From Candidatus Multivoradales bacterium (GTDB taxonomy: Bacteria > Acidobacteriota > Thermoanaerobaculia > Multivoradales > JAHEKO01), in contig CBDFIJ010000004.1 of assembly GCA_965248055.1 (NCBI GenBank), positions 32,001 through 96,000 of the forward strand: a DNA stretch of 64,000 nt, given 5' to 3'. The notes beneath the pieces were generated by a model, which saw only the letters and a list, made by a program, of their open reading frames with translations, searched no databases and was not told where the DNA came from. The translations under genes and the position numbers were made by a program. Of the stretch, positions 1-16,805 are shown piece by piece (positions within the stretch are counted from its first letter, which is position 1; the number at the start of each line of letters is the position of its first letter).

Positions 1-46
1 TGAGCTACAGAGCTTGTGCTTAGACATCGAACTTATTAAGACATAG
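1..46 (+). CDS. rpoB: 3' end of RNA polymerase beta subunit (partial)
   Basis: Frame from position 2 reads [14 protein letters not shown], the RpoB C-terminal motif, directly upstream of rpoC. Confidence 0.9.
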   Translation, partial: ELQSLCLDIELIKT

Positions 47-60
47 AGCGGAGGAATCAA

Positions 61-4245
<4,185 letters not shown>

Positions 4246-4336
4246 CGCGCAGGCCTAGCCAGTTGCGCCAGAGAGGCGCTGCATAGCTGGGCAAAATACA
4301 ATTCATTGCGACGGCGAGTCGAGCGTCGAGCTGTGC

Positions 4337-4365
4337 TTGACGCGGGGCTCGTCCGTTGCTAACCT
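4337..4365 (+). promoter_or_regulatory. Sigma70-type promoter of the str operon
   Basis: TTGACG, 17 bp spacer, TAACCT preceded by TG extended -10; leader hairpin at about 4443-4473. Confidence 0.55.
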
Positions 4366-4527
4366 GCGGGAGTTTTCGCCCCAAAAAATGGTCTATTGAC
4401 CGTTGGGCGATTTACCCCTCTAAGTAGAGGAACTCTCAGTACAGCCGCGGATCTTTTAGGAAGATCTGTGGCTAGGGGGATTCGTCGCTTTGGTGAATGG
4501 AGAAGACACGAAAAGAACGAGAAAAAG

Positions 4528-4902
4528 ATGCCGACGATTCAACAACTAGTCCGTAAAGGGCGCAAGCGCATGGTGTCCAAAACCAAGAGCCCTGCGCTGC
4601 AGAGTTCACCGCAACGGCGGGGGGTCTGCGTGCGTGTCTATACCCAAACTCCCAAGAAGCCGAACTCGGCTTTGCGCAAGGTTGCGCGTGTCCGGTTGAC
4701 CAACGGTATTGAGGTCACCACCTACATTCCAGGAGTGGGGCATAACCTCCAGGAGCATTCGATTGTGCTCATTCGGGGTGGTCGCGTGAAGGACCTCCCA
4801 GGTGTGCGCTATCACGTAATCCGTGGTGCCCTGGATGCGATTGGCGTGCAGGATCGCCGTCAGCGCCGTTCGAAGTATGGAACCAAGAGGCCAAAGTCTT
4901 AA
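4528..4902 (+). CDS. rpsL: 30S ribosomal protein S12
   Basis: [10 protein letters not shown]...[11 protein letters not shown]...[10 protein letters not shown]; start moved to the ATG at 4528. Confidence 0.98.
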   Translation: MPTIQQLVRKGRKRMVSKTKSPALQSSPQRRGVCVRVYTQTPKKPNSALRKVARVRLTNGIEVTTYIPGVGHNLQEHSIVLIRGGRVKDLPGVRYHVIRGALDAIGVQDRRQRRSKYGTKRPKS

Positions 4903-4941
4903 TTGGCTGTGATTGAGATTCTAGGAGCACAAGAGAAAGCG

Positions 4942-5412
4942 ATGCCCAGACGGCGCGAAATTACGAAACGAGAGGTTCTTCCTGACCCGTTGTACAACTC
5001 TCAACTGGTGACCAAGTTTGTCAACTTGATCATGTTAGATGGTAAGAAGACGGTTGCAGAGCGAATTCTCTACGACGCCCTCATTTTGATAGAGGAGCGT
5101 ACTGAAACCGATCCAATGAAGGTGTTTACCCGTGCGGTAGATAACGTCAAGCCGACGGTCGAGGTGAAATCCCGTAGGGTCGGTGGCTCGACCTATCAGA
5201 TTCCGGTTGAAGTACGACCGAGCCGACGTCTTGCCTTGTCGTTTCGTTGGTTGTTGGCAAGTGCCCGCAGTCGAGGCGAGAAGACGATGCGTGAACGGTT
5301 GGCTGCGGAGCTTCTAGAAGCTTCGGAGAGCCGCGGTGGTGCAGTGAAGAAAAAGGAAGATACTCATCGGATGGCCGAAGCCAACAAGGCTTACGCTCAT
5401 TACCGATGGTAG
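4942..5412 (+). CDS. rpsG: 30S ribosomal protein S7
   Basis: MPRRREI...[12 protein letters not shown]...[15 protein letters not shown]. Confidence 0.98.
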   Translation: MPRRREITKREVLPDPLYNSQLVTKFVNLIMLDGKKTVAERILYDALILIEERTETDPMKVFTRAVDNVKPTVEVKSRRVGGSTYQIPVEVRPSRRLALSFRWLLASARSRGEKTMRERLAAELLEASESRGGAVKKKEDTHRMAEANKAYAHYRW

Positions 5413-5472
5413 GAACTCGGAGGAGGCTGTCGTAACTCGTGGATTTCCGCAAGGCGCAACGGCAGTTTTATT

Positions 5473-7548
5473 ATGTCCCGCAAGGTCTCATTAGACAGAA
5501 CTCGCAACCTCGGCATCATGGCCCATATCGATGCTGGGAAGACCACGACCACCGAGCGTGTTCTGTTTTACACCGGAGTCAATTACAAGATCGGTGAGGT
5601 CCACGAAGGCACTGCCACCATGGACTGGATGGTCCAGGAGCAGGAGCGCGGCATCACCATCACCTCCGCAGCAACCACTTGTTTTTGGAAGGACTATCGA
5701 ATCAACATTATTGACACCCCGGGTCACGTTGACTTCACGGCTGAAGTGGAACGCTCCCTGCGGGTCTTGGACGGTGCGGTCGCGGTATTCGACGCCGTGG
5801 CCGGGGTAGAGCCTCAGTCTGAGACCGTCTGGCGTCAGGCCGACAAGTATCACGTGCCTCGGTTGGCCTTCGTCAATAAGATGGACCGCGTAGGTGCTGA
5901 TTTTGATCGCTGCGTCTCAATGATGAAGTCACGACTCGGCGCCTCTCCGGTGGTGGTGCAACTTCCTTGGGGCGCGGAAGACAAGCTGCGCGGCGTGATT
6001 GATCTTTTTGAAATGCGTGGTTTCGCCTATGACGACGAGACCATGGGTGCGGACTACACCGTCGAGGATATTCCCGCAGAGCTAGCGGAGGTCGCCGCAG
6101 CAACTCGCGAAGAGATGGTTGAGGTGATCGCCGAAACCAGCGACGACCTGACCGAAAAATATCTGGTCGGGGAAGAGATCGCCGTTGCAGAGCTCAAGAG
6201 CGCCTTGCGGCAGGCTACGATCCACAACAAGTTACAGCCGGTTTTGTGCGGCTCGGCATTCAAGAATAAGGGTGTACAGCCATTGCTGGATGCGGTGATT
6301 GATTTCTTACCTTCGCCGTTGGATCTCCCTCCGGTGGAGGGGCACGCGGTGGATGGCGACATGCCGATCACCCGCAAGCCTGAGGATAGTGAGCCCTTTT
6401 CGGCCTTGATTTTTAAGATCATGACCGATCCTTTTGTCGGACAACTGGCGTACTTTCGGGTCTACTCCGGTCGCGTTTCGTCCGGCGACTCGGTGCTCAA
6501 TGTCGGCAAGAGGAAGAGTGAGCGGATCGGCCGTATCTTGAAGATGCATGCCAACAAGCGTGAGGAAGTCTCGGAGATTGGCGCTGGCGATATCGCTGCG
6601 GCGGTTGGTCTCAAGGGTGTAACTACTGGAGACACCATCTGTTCTGCGGACGCACCGTTGTTGCTGGAATCAATGACCTTTCCTGAGCCGGTGATCGCGG
6701 TTTCGATTGAGCCCAACAGTAAGACGGACCAAGACAAATTGGCGACTTCTCTGGCTAAGTTGATGCAAGAGGATCCAACCTTTCGCGTCCACACCGAGCC
6801 GGATACTGGCCAGACTCTGATTTCGGGAATGGGTGAACTGCACTTGGAGATCATCACCGATCGTCTGATTCGCGAGTTCAGCGTTGGCGCCACCGTGGGT
6901 CGTCCCCAGGTTGCCTACAAGGAGACGATTCAGATCGAGTCCGACGGCGAAGGTCGCTTTGTCCGCCAGAGTGGAGGCCGTGGACAGTTCGGACACTGCA
7001 AGATCCGGGTGCGTCCGACTGCCGAAGAGGGGCTGGTGTTTAACAATCAGATCTCCGGTGGTTCGATTCCCCGTGAGTTTATTAAGCCGGTCCAGCAGGG
7101 GATCACTGAGGCGATGGAGACCGGTCCTTTGGCTGGCTACCCAATTTCTAGCCTCGAAGTGGATCTCTACGACGGTAGCTTTCATGATGTGGACTCTTCC
7201 GAGGTGGCGTTTAAGATCGCCGGTTCGATGGCACTGCAGGACGCTTTGAAGCGTGCCAATCCGGTGCTTCTGGAGCCGGTGATGAGTGTAGAAGTTGTAA
7301 CTCCCGAAGAGTACATGGGGGATGTCATCGGCGACATCACCTCGCGTCGCGGTCGGGTGCAGAAGATGGAAGGACGCGGCAACGCGCAGGTCATTTCCTG
7401 CCGCGTGCCGTTGTCAGAGATGTTTGGATACGCGACTGACTTGCGGTCTCAGACCCAGGGTCGGGCGAATTACACAATGCAGTTTGCTGCCTACGAGCAC
7501 GCTCCCAAGAGCGTTGCCGAAGAGGTTATTTCCAAGGCGGCTGGATAG
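5473..7548 (+). CDS. fusA: Elongation factor G
   Basis: [26 protein letters not shown]; str operon position. Confidence 0.99.
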   Translation: MSRKVSLDRTRNLGIMAHIDAGKTTTTERVLFYTGVNYKIGEVHEGTATMDWMVQEQERGITITSAATTCFWKDYRINIIDTPGHVDFTAEVERSLRVLDGAVAVFDAVAGVEPQSETVWRQADKYHVPRLAFVNKMDRVGADFDRCVSMMKSRLGASPVVVQLPWGAEDKLRGVIDLFEMRGFAYDDETMGADYTVEDIPAELAEVAAATREEMVEVIAETSDDLTEKYLVGEEIAVAELKSALRQATIHNKLQPVLCGSAFKNKGVQPLLDAVIDFLPSPLDLPPVEGHAVDGDMPITRKPEDSEPFSALIFKIMTDPFVGQLAYFRVYSGRVSSGDSVLNVGKRKSERIGRILKMHANKREEVSEIGAGDIAAAVGLKGVTTGDTICSADAPLLLESMTFPEPVIAVSIEPNSKTDQDKLATSLAKLMQEDPTFRVHTEPDTGQTLISGMGELHLEIITDRLIREFSVGATVGRPQVAYKETIQIESDGEGRFVRQSGGRGQFGHCKIRVRPTAEEGLVFNNQISGGSIPREFIKPVQQGITEAMETGPLAGYPISSLEVDLYDGSFHDVDSSEVAFKIAGSMALQDALKRANPVLLEPVMSVEVVTPEEYMGDVIGDITSRRGRVQKMEGRGNAQVISCRVPLSEMFGYATDLRSQTQGRANYTMQFAAYEHAPKSVAEEVISKAAG

Positions 7549-7559
7549 GAGAGTCGGAG

Positions 7560-8750
<1,191 letters not shown>

Positions 8751-8804
8751 CGGATATTTAAGGAAACGTCGACAACAACCTAGTTGCCACGGAAGGTTAA
8801 GAGT

Positions 8805-9122
<318 letters not shown>

Positions 9123-9149
9123 CGAGGACTGCGAAGGGTTTTAAGGACA

Positions 9150-9779
9150 ATGCAAGTAATACTAGGAACCAAACTGGGGATGACCCAGATTTTTGCTGAG
9201 GATGGCCGGGTAGAGCCGGTGACCGTGGTTAAGGCGGGTCCTTGCGTGGTTGTGCAACGCAAGACGGTTGACTCGGACGGCTACGAAGCAGTGCAGTTGG
9301 GTCTGGTTGATCAAATTGCCAAGCGCAAGGTTTCCAAGGCGATGCGCGGTCATTTCAAGGCCGCCGATGTTGCTCCTATGCGACGGCTGGTAGAAGTGCG
9401 GGTCGACGCCGAAGACAAGACCAAGGTTGGTGACGAGTTTGGCGCCACCGTTTTCGCAGCGAACGACTACGTCGATATTTGTGCGGTGAGTAAAGGAAAG
9501 GGTTTCCAGGGGGTCATCAAGCGGCACGGATTTGGTGGTGGTCGCGCGACCCATGGTTCGATGTTCCATCGTGCTCCCGGTTCGATTGGCCAGGCCTCCG
9601 ATCCGTCGCGCGTGTTTCCTGGGATCAAGCTGCCTGGGCGTATGGGTGGAAAGAAAATCACCACCAAAAACTTGCAGGTCGTCAAAGTAGACGAAGAGCG
9701 TGGACTGTTGTTTTTGCGCGGCGCGGTTCCGGGTCCGAGAACCGGGTTTGTCTCGATTGTTAAGGCTCGGCGTGGTTAA
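9150..9779 (+). CDS. rplC: 50S ribosomal protein L3
   Basis: GTKLGMTQIF, SKGKGFQGVIKRH, HRAPGSIG. Confidence 0.98.
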   Translation: MQVILGTKLGMTQIFAEDGRVEPVTVVKAGPCVVVQRKTVDSDGYEAVQLGLVDQIAKRKVSKAMRGHFKAADVAPMRRLVEVRVDAEDKTKVGDEFGATVFAANDYVDICAVSKGKGFQGVIKRHGFGGGRATHGSMFHRAPGSIGQASDPSRVFPGIKLPGRMGGKKITTKNLQVVKVDEERGLLFLRGAVPGPRTGFVSIVKARRG

Positions 9780-9815
9780 GGGACTGGTTCATAGGGTTCC
9801 GTCAAAAAGGTTCAA

Positions 9816-10445
9816 GTGAAGATGAAAGTTGAAATCAAGAGTCTGGCGAACAAGAAGGTAGGGACGGTCGAACTGTCCGAGGAGGTGTTCGGCCAGCCGT
9901 ACAAAGAGCACTTGATTCACACGGCGGTGGTCGCCTATTTGGCGGCGCAGCGCTCTGGAACGCACAAAGCTAAGGGGCGTTCTGAGGTGGATGGCAGTGG
10001 TCGCAAGCTTTACCGGCAAAAGGGCACAGGTCGTGCGCGCGCCGGATCGGCGAAGAGTCCTCTACGCCGCAAGGGCGGAGTCGTGCATGGTCCACAGCCA
10101 CGTAATTACACCAACAAGCTCAGCCGTCGTGAAAAACGAGGTGCATTGATTTCAGCGTTGTCTCAGAAGGTGCGTCAAGAAGAGCTATTAGTGGTTTCCA
10201 ACCTAGAGCTGGAAGGGCCCAAGACCGCCAAGTTCGCGAGTACGTTGCAGGGTCTGGGAGTGAGCGGCAAAGCTTTGCTGGTGGATCGTTTTGACAACCA
10301 GAATCTGACCTTGGCTGCGCGCAACAATCCGGCACTTAAGAATGTCGACGCCCTGGCGGTAAACGTCTACGACGTTGTGGATAGACAAATGTTGGTGATT
10401 TCTGAGGACGGACTCAACCGCCTCACGGAGATGTTGAGCTCATGA
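9816..10445 (+). CDS. rplD: 50S ribosomal protein L4
   Basis: RQKGTGRARAGS, GGVVHGPQPR; start may be the ATG at 9822. Confidence 0.97.
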   Translation: MKMKVEIKSLANKKVGTVELSEEVFGQPYKEHLIHTAVVAYLAAQRSGTHKAKGRSEVDGSGRKLYRQKGTGRARAGSAKSPLRRKGGVVHGPQPRNYTNKLSRREKRGALISALSQKVRQEELLVVSNLELEGPKTAKFASTLQGLGVSGKALLVDRFDNQNLTLAARNNPALKNVDALAVNVYDVVDRQMLVISEDGLNRLTEMLSS

Positions 10446-10732
10446 GACGCGAAGATATTTTGGTTCGTCCGCTGATCACCGAAAAATCAGCGCTACAGAA
10501 TGAAATGGGTCAAGCGGTCGCCTTTCAGGTACACCGGGACGCCAACAAGATTGAGATTCGCAAGGCGGTCGAGGCTCAGTTCAAGGTCAAAGTGGTAGAT
10601 GTGCGAGTGGCGCGGGTGCGCGGCAAATTGCGTCGGCAAGGTCGTCACGCGGGCTATAAGCCAAGTTGGAAGAAAGCATACGTACGATTGGCTGAGGGTG
10701 AGAAGCCGCTCGAATTTTTTGAGGGTGCGTAG
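10442..10732 (+). CDS. rplW: 50S ribosomal protein L23
   Basis: RPLITEKS, ANKIEIRKAVE, WKKAYVRL. Confidence 0.97.
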   Translation: MRREDILVRPLITEKSALQNEMGQAVAFQVHRDANKIEIRKAVEAQFKVKVVDVRVARVRGKLRRQGRHAGYKPSWKKAYVRLAEGEKPLEFFEGA

Positions 10733-10772
10733 GGCCGCAGCGTAGGGAATAGGGAATAGGAAAGGTTTAGTT

Positions 10773-11603
10773 ATGGGTATTCGTCAGTATCGACCGGTCA
10801 ATCCCTCGCGGCGTTTTCAGACTTCGTCGACTTTTGAGGAGGTCACGAGTTCGACTCCGCACAAGCCGCTTACCACCGGCAAGCGTCGGATCAGTGGTCG
10901 TGGCAACAAGGGGCGGGTGACGATTCGTTTTCGCGGAGGCGCTCATAAGCGCCGCTACCGGGAGATCGATTTCAAGCGCAACAAGCATGGAATTCCTGCG
11001 CGGGTTGCGACCATTGAGTACGACCCAAACCGTAGCGCTCGGATCGCTCTGTTGGTTTATGCCGACGGCGAAAAGCGCTACATCTTAGCGCCGCGCGGGC
11101 TGACCGTGGGTTCCACGCTGATATCTGGAGCTGATGCCACGCCGGACGTCGGCAATTCGCTGCCGATCAGTGCGATTCCCCAGGGAACGATGATCCACAA
11201 CGTGGAGTTGAAGATCGGCAAAGGCGGGCAATTGGCGCGTAGCGCCGGAGCCGGAGCTCAGTTGATGGCCAAGGAGGGCCGGTTGGCTCAGGTCAGGCTT
11301 CCTTCTGGGGAAGTTCGTCGGGTACACGTCAACTGCTACGCAACGATTGGTGAAGTTGGCAATGAAGAGCACGGCAATCTGTCCTTGGGCAAAGCCGGAC
11401 GCAAGCGCTGGTTAGGTCGTCGGCCACACAACCGTGGTGTAGTGATGAACCCGGTGGACCATCCGATGGGTGGTGGTGAAGGGCGTAGTTCGGGTGGTCG
11501 TCACCCTTGTACGCCGTGGGGTGTCCCAACTAAGGGCTACAAGACCCGTCGTAACAAGCGGACTAACTCGGCGATCGTTCGTCGTCGCAGCAAGCGTAGG
11601 TAA
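10773..11603 (+). CDS. rplB: 50S ribosomal protein L2
   Basis: [30 protein letters not shown]. Confidence 0.99.
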   Translation: MGIRQYRPVNPSRRFQTSSTFEEVTSSTPHKPLTTGKRRISGRGNKGRVTIRFRGGAHKRRYREIDFKRNKHGIPARVATIEYDPNRSARIALLVYADGEKRYILAPRGLTVGSTLISGADATPDVGNSLPISAIPQGTMIHNVELKIGKGGQLARSAGAGAQLMAKEGRLAQVRLPSGEVRRVHVNCYATIGEVGNEEHGNLSLGKAGRKRWLGRRPHNRGVVMNPVDHPMGGGEGRSSGGRHPCTPWGVPTKGYKTRRNKRTNSAIVRRRSKRR

Positions 11604-11615
11604 GGGGATTAAGAA

Positions 11616-11900
11616 ATGGCACGTTCGCTAAAAAAAGGCTTCTTCATCGACGATCACCTCTATCGCAAGGTGATGGCTCTGGACCCCAACTCTGGAGGCC
11701 AAGTGCTCAAAACTTGGTCCCGGCGCTCAACCATCATTCCGGAAATGGTGGGACACACGATTGCGGTTCACAACGGCACCAAGTTCATTCCGGTGTTTGT
11801 TTCGGAGAATTTGGTTGGACACAAACTGGGTGAATTCGCGATGACACGTACGTTTCGTGGTCACACCAGTGGCAAGAAGGAAAAGATGGCCCGCCGCTAA
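11616..11900 (+). CDS. rpsS: 30S ribosomal protein S19
   Basis: [25 protein letters not shown]. Confidence 0.98.
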   Translation: MARSLKKGFFIDDHLYRKVMALDPNSGGQVLKTWSRRSTIIPEMVGHTIAVHNGTKFIPVFVSENLVGHKLGEFAMTRTFRGHTSGKKEKMARR

Positions 11901-11924
11901 GCGGGGCATTGGTAGGAGTCGAAA

Positions 11925-12272
11925 ATGGAATCGATCGCAAAACTTCGCTATTTGCAGGCCTCGCCGCAGAAGGTGCGCCTGGTAGCGGATTTGGTACGCG
12001 GGAAAGATGTCGAAGACGCTTCCGCGATCTTGAAGTTCAGTAAGAAATCCGCTGCACGCCCGCTCGGCAAACTGTTGCGCTCGGCGATCGCCAATGCCGA
12101 GAATCGCGACGATCAAATTGATTTGGATCGTCTGTTTGTCAAGGAAATTTTTGTCGACGGCGGGCCGACGCTGAAACGCTTTAAGGCTCAACCGATGGGA
12201 CGCGCATTTCGCATTCTCAAACGCCAGAGTCACGTCACCATCAAGCTCGCCACGCGCGACAACGAGGACTAA
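11925..12272 (+). CDS. rplV: 50S ribosomal protein L22
   Basis: SPQKVRLVADLVRG, GPTLKRF, SHVTI. Confidence 0.98.
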   Translation: MESIAKLRYLQASPQKVRLVADLVRGKDVEDASAILKFSKKSAARPLGKLLRSAIANAENRDDQIDLDRLFVKEIFVDGGPTLKRFKAQPMGRAFRILKRQSHVTIKLATRDNED

Positions 12273-12281
12273 GGAGCAACT

Positions 12282-12938
12282 GTGGGTCAGAAGACACATC
12301 CATACGGATTTCGGTTGGTATTCAACCGTAATTGGCGTTCCAAGTGGTATGCCGAGCGCGACTACGCAAAGACGCTGAAGGAGGACTTGCGGTTACGCAA
12401 TCACCTGAAACAACGGCTGTACCACGCGGGAATTAGTGAAATTCACATTGAGCGTGCCGCCGATACTCTGCGGGTTACCATTTTTACCGCCCGACCTGGG
12501 ATCATTATCGGTCGCAAGGGGGTTGAGGTGGACAAGCTGCGCGACGACCTAATGAAGATGGTCGGTCGCCCGGTTCACGTCAACATTCAAGAGATCCAGC
12601 GTCCCGAGCTGGACGCGCAACTGGTTGCTGAGAATATTGCCGGACAGCTGCTACGCAGGGTGATGTTTCGTCGGGCGATGAAGAAGGCGATGGAATCGGC
12701 GTTTCGCTTCGGTGCCAAGGGCGTCAAGGTGATGCTCTCCGGTCGTCTGGGCGGTCATGAAATCGCGCGTACCGAGTGGTATCAAGAGGGGCGCTTGCCT
12801 TTGCACACATTGAAGGCCGAAGTGGACTACGGCCTAGCCGAGGCGCAGACCACCTACGGAGTGATCGGAATCAAGGTTTGGATTTACAAGGGCGACCACC
12901 ATCAGGAAAAAGGTCGTCCGATGCAGGCAACGCTGTAG
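12282..12938 (+). CDS. rpsC: 30S ribosomal protein S3
   Basis: [30 protein letters not shown]. Confidence 0.98.
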   Translation: MGQKTHPYGFRLVFNRNWRSKWYAERDYAKTLKEDLRLRNHLKQRLYHAGISEIHIERAADTLRVTIFTARPGIIIGRKGVEVDKLRDDLMKMVGRPVHVNIQEIQRPELDAQLVAENIAGQLLRRVMFRRAMKKAMESAFRFGAKGVKVMLSGRLGGHEIARTEWYQEGRLPLHTLKAEVDYGLAEAQTTYGVIGIKVWIYKGDHHQEKGRPMQATL

Positions 12939-12968
12939 GGATTCGGGCAAGTTAGAGGAGTTATTGCG

Positions 12969-13388
12969 ATGTTAATGCCCAAGAAGGTCAAGTACCGGAA
13001 GCGCCAAAGGGGTCGGCGTTCAGGCGGTGCCAAGAGAGGCACTCGGATTGCCTTTGGTGACTATGGAATTCAGACCTTGGACGCTGGTTGGATTACCGCT
13101 CGGCAGATCGAAGCCGGTCGTATTGCGATCACTCGTGCCATGAAGCGTGGCGGTAAAGTCTGGATCCGCATTTTCCCGGACAAGCCGATTAGCAAGAAGC
13201 CTTTGGAAACCAGAATGGGTAAGGGAAAAGGTAGTCCCGAAGAGTGGGTCGCGGTGGTCAAGCCGGGGCGCATCCTTTATGAAGTTGAGGGCGTGGATGA
13301 AGCAACGGCCAAAGAGGCGATCCGACTCGCTTCGCACAAGTTTGGCGTCAAGACGCGCTTTGTTTCGCGTCATGAAGAGTGGATCTAA
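12969..13388 (+). CDS. rplP: 50S ribosomal protein L16
   Basis: [25 protein letters not shown]. Confidence 0.98.
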   Translation: MLMPKKVKYRKRQRGRRSGGAKRGTRIAFGDYGIQTLDAGWITARQIEAGRIAITRAMKRGGKVWIRIFPDKPISKKPLETRMGKGKGSPEEWVAVVKPGRILYEVEGVDEATAKEAIRLASHKFGVKTRFVSRHEEWI

Positions 13389-13406
13389 GGATTTTAGAAG
13401 ACGATT

Positions 13407-13610
13407 ATGCTGGCACAAGAATTAAGAACGGATACCGCCGAGGGGCTGCGCGCGCGCGAAATAGAACTGGCTAACCAGTTGTTTGCTTTGCGCACCCAGA
13501 AAGTAACTGGCCAGATGGAAAATCCGGCGACGATTCGGCGGGTGAAACGGGATCTCGCTAGGGTTTTGACAGTGTTGCGGGAGAAGACCATGGAAGAGGA
13601 AAGCAAATGA
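13407..13610 (+). CDS. rpmC: 50S ribosomal protein L29
   Basis: LFALRTQKVTGQMENPATIRRVKRDLARVLT; position in the operon. Confidence 0.95.
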   Translation: MLAQELRTDTAEGLRAREIELANQLFALRTQKVTGQMENPATIRRVKRDLARVLTVLREKTMEEESK

Positions 13611-13888
13611 CCGAGCAAGTGTCTGAACGGGGCCGGACCCCAACCCTGACGGGGACCGTGGTCGGTAGCCCGCAAGAGAAAACAGCGATAGTCGCGGTTC
13701 AGCGGACGGTCTTGCATCCGCTGTATCGACGTTATGTGAAAAAGACTCGGAAGTTCTATGCCCACGACGAGACCAACGACTGTCGCGCCGGCGACCGGGT
13801 GGTGATCGTGGCCAGTCGACCGATGTCGAAGCTCAAGCGTTGGAGAGTGCGAGAAGTCCTTGAACGGTCCGAGGAGCACTCACAATGA
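13607..13888 (+). CDS. rpsQ: 30S ribosomal protein S17
   Basis: [21 protein letters not shown]. Confidence 0.97.
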   Translation: MTEQVSERGRTPTLTGTVVGSPQEKTAIVAVQRTVLHPLYRRYVKKTRKFYAHDETNDCRAGDRVVIVASRPMSKLKRWRVREVLERSEEHSQ

Positions 13889-14253
13889 TTCAAATGGGAA
13901 GCGTCCTCGACGTTGCCGATAATTCGGGTGCTCGCAAGATCGCTTGTATTCGTCTTCGGGGTGGCTCAGCGGGGCAATACGGTGGCTTGGGCGACGTGAT
14001 TACGGCGTCGGTCAAAGAGGCATCCCCCGATGGCACGGTGAAGAAGGGTGCGGTGGTGCGCGCGGTGATCGTGCGGGTGCGCAAAGCTACCCGACGTTCG
14101 GATGGTAGCTACATTCGCTTTGACACCAACTCGGCAGTGATCATCGGTGATACCCAGGAGCCGGTGGGCACGCGTGTCTTCGGGCCGGTTGCTCGTGAGC
14201 TGCGAGAGAAGCGATTCATGAAGATCGTGTCTCTGGCACCGGAAGTGATCTAA
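13885..14253 (+). CDS. rplN: 50S ribosomal protein L14
   Basis: [28 protein letters not shown]. Confidence 0.98.
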   Translation: MIQMGSVLDVADNSGARKIACIRLRGGSAGQYGGLGDVITASVKEASPDGTVKKGAVVRAVIVRVRKATRRSDGSYIRFDTNSAVIIGDTQEPVGTRVFGPVARELREKRFMKIVSLAPEVI

Positions 14254-14267
14254 GGGATTCTGAGGCC

Positions 14268-14609
14268 ATGGCAAAATTACAAACCAAACAGAAATTGAAG
14301 ATTAAAAAAGGGGACCAGGTTCTGATTCTTACCGGTCGTAGTAAGGGCCAGCGTGGCAAGGTTTTGCGCGTGACCCCGGCCAAGAGCACGGCGATCGTCG
14401 AAGGCGCCAATTTGATTCGCAAGCACGAGCGGCCCAATCCTTCCAAGCAGGTGAAGGGTGGAATCTTGGAGACTGAAGGACCGATCCACATCTCCAACTT
14501 GATGCTGATCGACCCGGAAGGTGGCAAACCAACTCGGGTTGGCCGCAAGAGACTTGAGGATGGAAGTGGCGTTCGCGTAGCTCGTAAATCTGGCGCCACC
14601 TTCGACTAG
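14268..14609 (+). CDS. rplX: 50S ribosomal protein L24
   Basis: IKKGDQVLILTG KOW motif, PIHISNL. Confidence 0.97.
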   Translation: MAKLQTKQKLKIKKGDQVLILTGRSKGQRGKVLRVTPAKSTAIVEGANLIRKHERPNPSKQVKGGILETEGPIHISNLMLIDPEGGKPTRVGRKRLEDGSGVRVARKSGATFD

Positions 14610-14645
14610 GTAGTTCGACTGAGTATTTAAGAGAGAACAAGAGAA

Positions 14646-15275
14646 ATGGCTAAGAAAGATAACAATGGGACTGCTTCCGCTTTGGCGGGCATACCGCGGT
14701 TGAAAGAAAGGTACCGCGAGCAGGTGGTGCCTAAGTTGATGGCGGAGTTCGAGTTGGACAACATCATGGCAGTGCCGACCATCCGCAAGGTGGTCCTCAA
14801 TATGGGGGTTGGTGCCGCGACGCAGAACATTAAGGTGCTCGAGACCGCCAGTGAAGAGTTGGCGCAGATTGCCGGTCAACGGCCGGTGATCACGCGAGCT
14901 AAGAAATCGATTGCTGCGTTCAAGGTTCGCGAAGGAATGCCGATCGGTTGTCGGGTGACCCTGCGCGGCCCCAAAATGTGGGAATTCTTGGATCGCTTGA
15001 TTTCTACTGCGCTGCCCAGGGTTCGTGATTTCCGGGGTATTCCAGAGACCGCGTTTGACGGCCGAGGAAACTACACCCTGGGAATTGCCGATCACTTGGT
15101 CTTCCCTGATCTTGACTACGACCGAGTGGACACCCCCAAGGGATTGAATGTAACGTTGGTAACCACCGCTGACAACAACGAGCAGGCAGCGTTTCTGCTG
15201 CGCGAAATCGGCATGCCGTTTCGTCGTGGCCAGGCCGCAGAACAGCAAGACGACGCTGAGGGAGCAGAAGCATGA
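14646..15275 (+). CDS. rplE: 50S ribosomal protein L5 with short terminal extensions
   Basis: KVVLNMGVG, LPRVRDFRG, FDGRGNYTLG; acidic tail overlaps the rpsH start. Confidence 0.98.
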   Translation: MAKKDNNGTASALAGIPRLKERYREQVVPKLMAEFELDNIMAVPTIRKVVLNMGVGAATQNIKVLETASEELAQIAGQRPVITRAKKSIAAFKVREGMPIGCRVTLRGPKMWEFLDRLISTALPRVRDFRGIPETAFDGRGNYTLGIADHLVFPDLDYDRVDTPKGLNVTLVTTADNNEQAAFLLREIGMPFRRGQAAEQQDDAEGAEA

Positions 15276-15670
15276 CCATGACCGATCCGATTGCGGATCT
15301 ACTGACCCGGATACGCAACGCGCACCAGGTCAAGCATGACCGACTGATTGCGCCGGGTTCCAAGATCAAGGAAGAAATTTGTCGAATCCTGCAGGAAAAT
15401 CATTTTATCCACGGGTTTGAGGTTCGCAAAGCGGGCCCTGGAACCGAGATCGAAATCGAGCTCGCTTATACCGCTGATGGGGATCCGGCAATTCGTCGCT
15501 TGCGTCGAGTGAGTCGCTCCGGACGCAAGGTCTATAGCGGTACTGCCGCGCTCAAGCCGGTGCTAGCTGGACTGGGAATGAATATTGTTTCGACTTCACA
15601 AGGACTGATGACCGACAACGAAGCGCGTGATCGCGGCGTCGGCGGTGAAGTCCTTTGCGAGATTTGGTAG
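15272..15670 (+). CDS. rpsH: 30S ribosomal protein S8
   Basis: TDPIADLLTRIRNA, IVSTSQGLMT, VGGEVLC. Confidence 0.98.
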   Translation: MTMTDPIADLLTRIRNAHQVKHDRLIAPGSKIKEEICRILQENHFIHGFEVRKAGPGTEIEIELAYTADGDPAIRRLRRVSRSGRKVYSGTAALKPVLAGLGMNIVSTSQGLMTDNEARDRGVGGEVLCEIW

Positions 15671-15684
15671 GGAGTTAAGAGCGC

Positions 15685-16227
15685 ATGTCGAGAATTGGAA
15701 AACAGCCGATCGAGATTCCAGCCGCAGCCAAGGTCAAGTTTGACCAAGGGGTGCTGACCGCAGAAGGACCGAAAGGCAAAGTGGAGCAGGTGGTCAAAGG
15801 CGTCGATCTGGTGATCGAGGACGGCACCATTCGGGTTCAGGCGCTTGGCGAAAGCGGTAACGACCGAGCCATGCACGGTCTGATGCGTTCGCTGGTGGCC
15901 AACGCCGTGGCAGGGGTTAGCGAGGGTTTTGAAAAGGTTCTCGAGATTCACGGGGTTGGATATCGTGGCGAGGTTCAGGGCAGCAATTTGACCTTGTCTC
16001 TGGGCTACTCGCATCCGGTGGTGTTTGCCATTCCGGAAGGGATCGACGTTGAGATCGACAAGCAGAATCGGATCACCGTACGCGGAGCGGACCGGCAGAA
16101 AGTGGGGCAAGTGGCTGCAGAACTGAGAAATCTGAGAAAGCCTGATCCCTACAAGGCCAAGGGTATCCGGTACTCCGGTGAGGTTATCCGCCGTAAGGTT
16201 GGTAAGTCTGGCGTCGGCGCCGCTTAG
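15685..16227 (+). CDS. rplF: 50S ribosomal protein L6
   Basis: MSRIGKQPI, GVGYR, LGYSHPV, PDPYKAKGIRY. Confidence 0.98.
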   Translation: MSRIGKQPIEIPAAAKVKFDQGVLTAEGPKGKVEQVVKGVDLVIEDGTIRVQALGESGNDRAMHGLMRSLVANAVAGVSEGFEKVLEIHGVGYRGEVQGSNLTLSLGYSHPVVFAIPEGIDVEIDKQNRITVRGADRQKVGQVAAELRNLRKPDPYKAKGIRYSGEVIRRKVGKSGVGAA

Positions 16228-16268
16228 GATATTGAACGGTAAGAGTCACGAGAAGTAGGTAGACAACT

Positions 16269-16643
16269 ATGAACATCACGCAAAGAAAATCCAAACGCAG
16301 GATTCAAGCGCACTACAGAGTTCGGGCTCGAGTCGCTGGTACATCGAAACGCCCTCGGCTGGCGGTCTACAAGAGCGGACGCTTCATCTATGCGCAATTG
16401 ATTGATGATCGTGAAGGTGAGACTTTGGCGCAGGCAAACTCGCGAGAAGAGGCTGTCCAGACCGGTCTTGAGTCGAACGGTCCGAGCAGTAAGGCTGCGG
16501 CCAAGCTGGTGGGACACAACATCGCCGAGCGAGCCGCCGCAAAAGGTATTTCCATATGTGTCTTTGATCGCGGTGGGTATCGATACCACGGTCGAGTCAA
16601 GGAACTAGCCGAAGCAGCGCGCAACAACGGACTTGCCTTCTAG
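16269..16643 (+). CDS. rplR: 50S ribosomal protein L18
   Basis: RPRLAVYKS, FDRGGYRYHGRVKELAEAAR. Confidence 0.97.
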   Translation: MNITQRKSKRRIQAHYRVRARVAGTSKRPRLAVYKSGRFIYAQLIDDREGETLAQANSREEAVQTGLESNGPSSKAAAKLVGHNIAERAAAKGISICVFDRGGYRYHGRVKELAEAARNNGLAF

Positions 16644-16789
16644 GGGTTTGTTGAGAAAATCTCATGAGTTGCGCGACACGGTCTTTCGGTTCAGATTCAA
16701 GGCGCGAGGAGGAGTCGATGCCGGCTATCGCTGACGACGAGCAACGCAGAAGATGCGCCGCAACCTATGAGATTTTTCAGCAAGCCCCT
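16642..16789. mobile_element. MITE-like element (about 148 bp) in the rplR-rpsE spacer
   Basis: Imperfect terminal inverted repeats AGGGGTTTGTTGAGAAAATCTCAT ... ATGAGATTTTTCAGCAAGCCCCT, with further inner pairing GTTGCG/CGCAAC; non-coding. Confidence 0.75.
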
Positions 16790-16805
16790 CGGGCGGAGGA
16801 ACGAC

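Noticed and set aside
4396-4527. N-terminal extension of S12 in the ORF track (similar cases for S7, S10, S5, PepA, TPR and MBL)
   Set aside because: These come from upstream alternative start codons; conserved N-termini and RBS positions indicate later starts.
10728-10765. TAGGGAA / GCGTAGGG micro-repeats before rplB
   Set aside because: Only two or three short units around an RBS; consistent with simple slippage.
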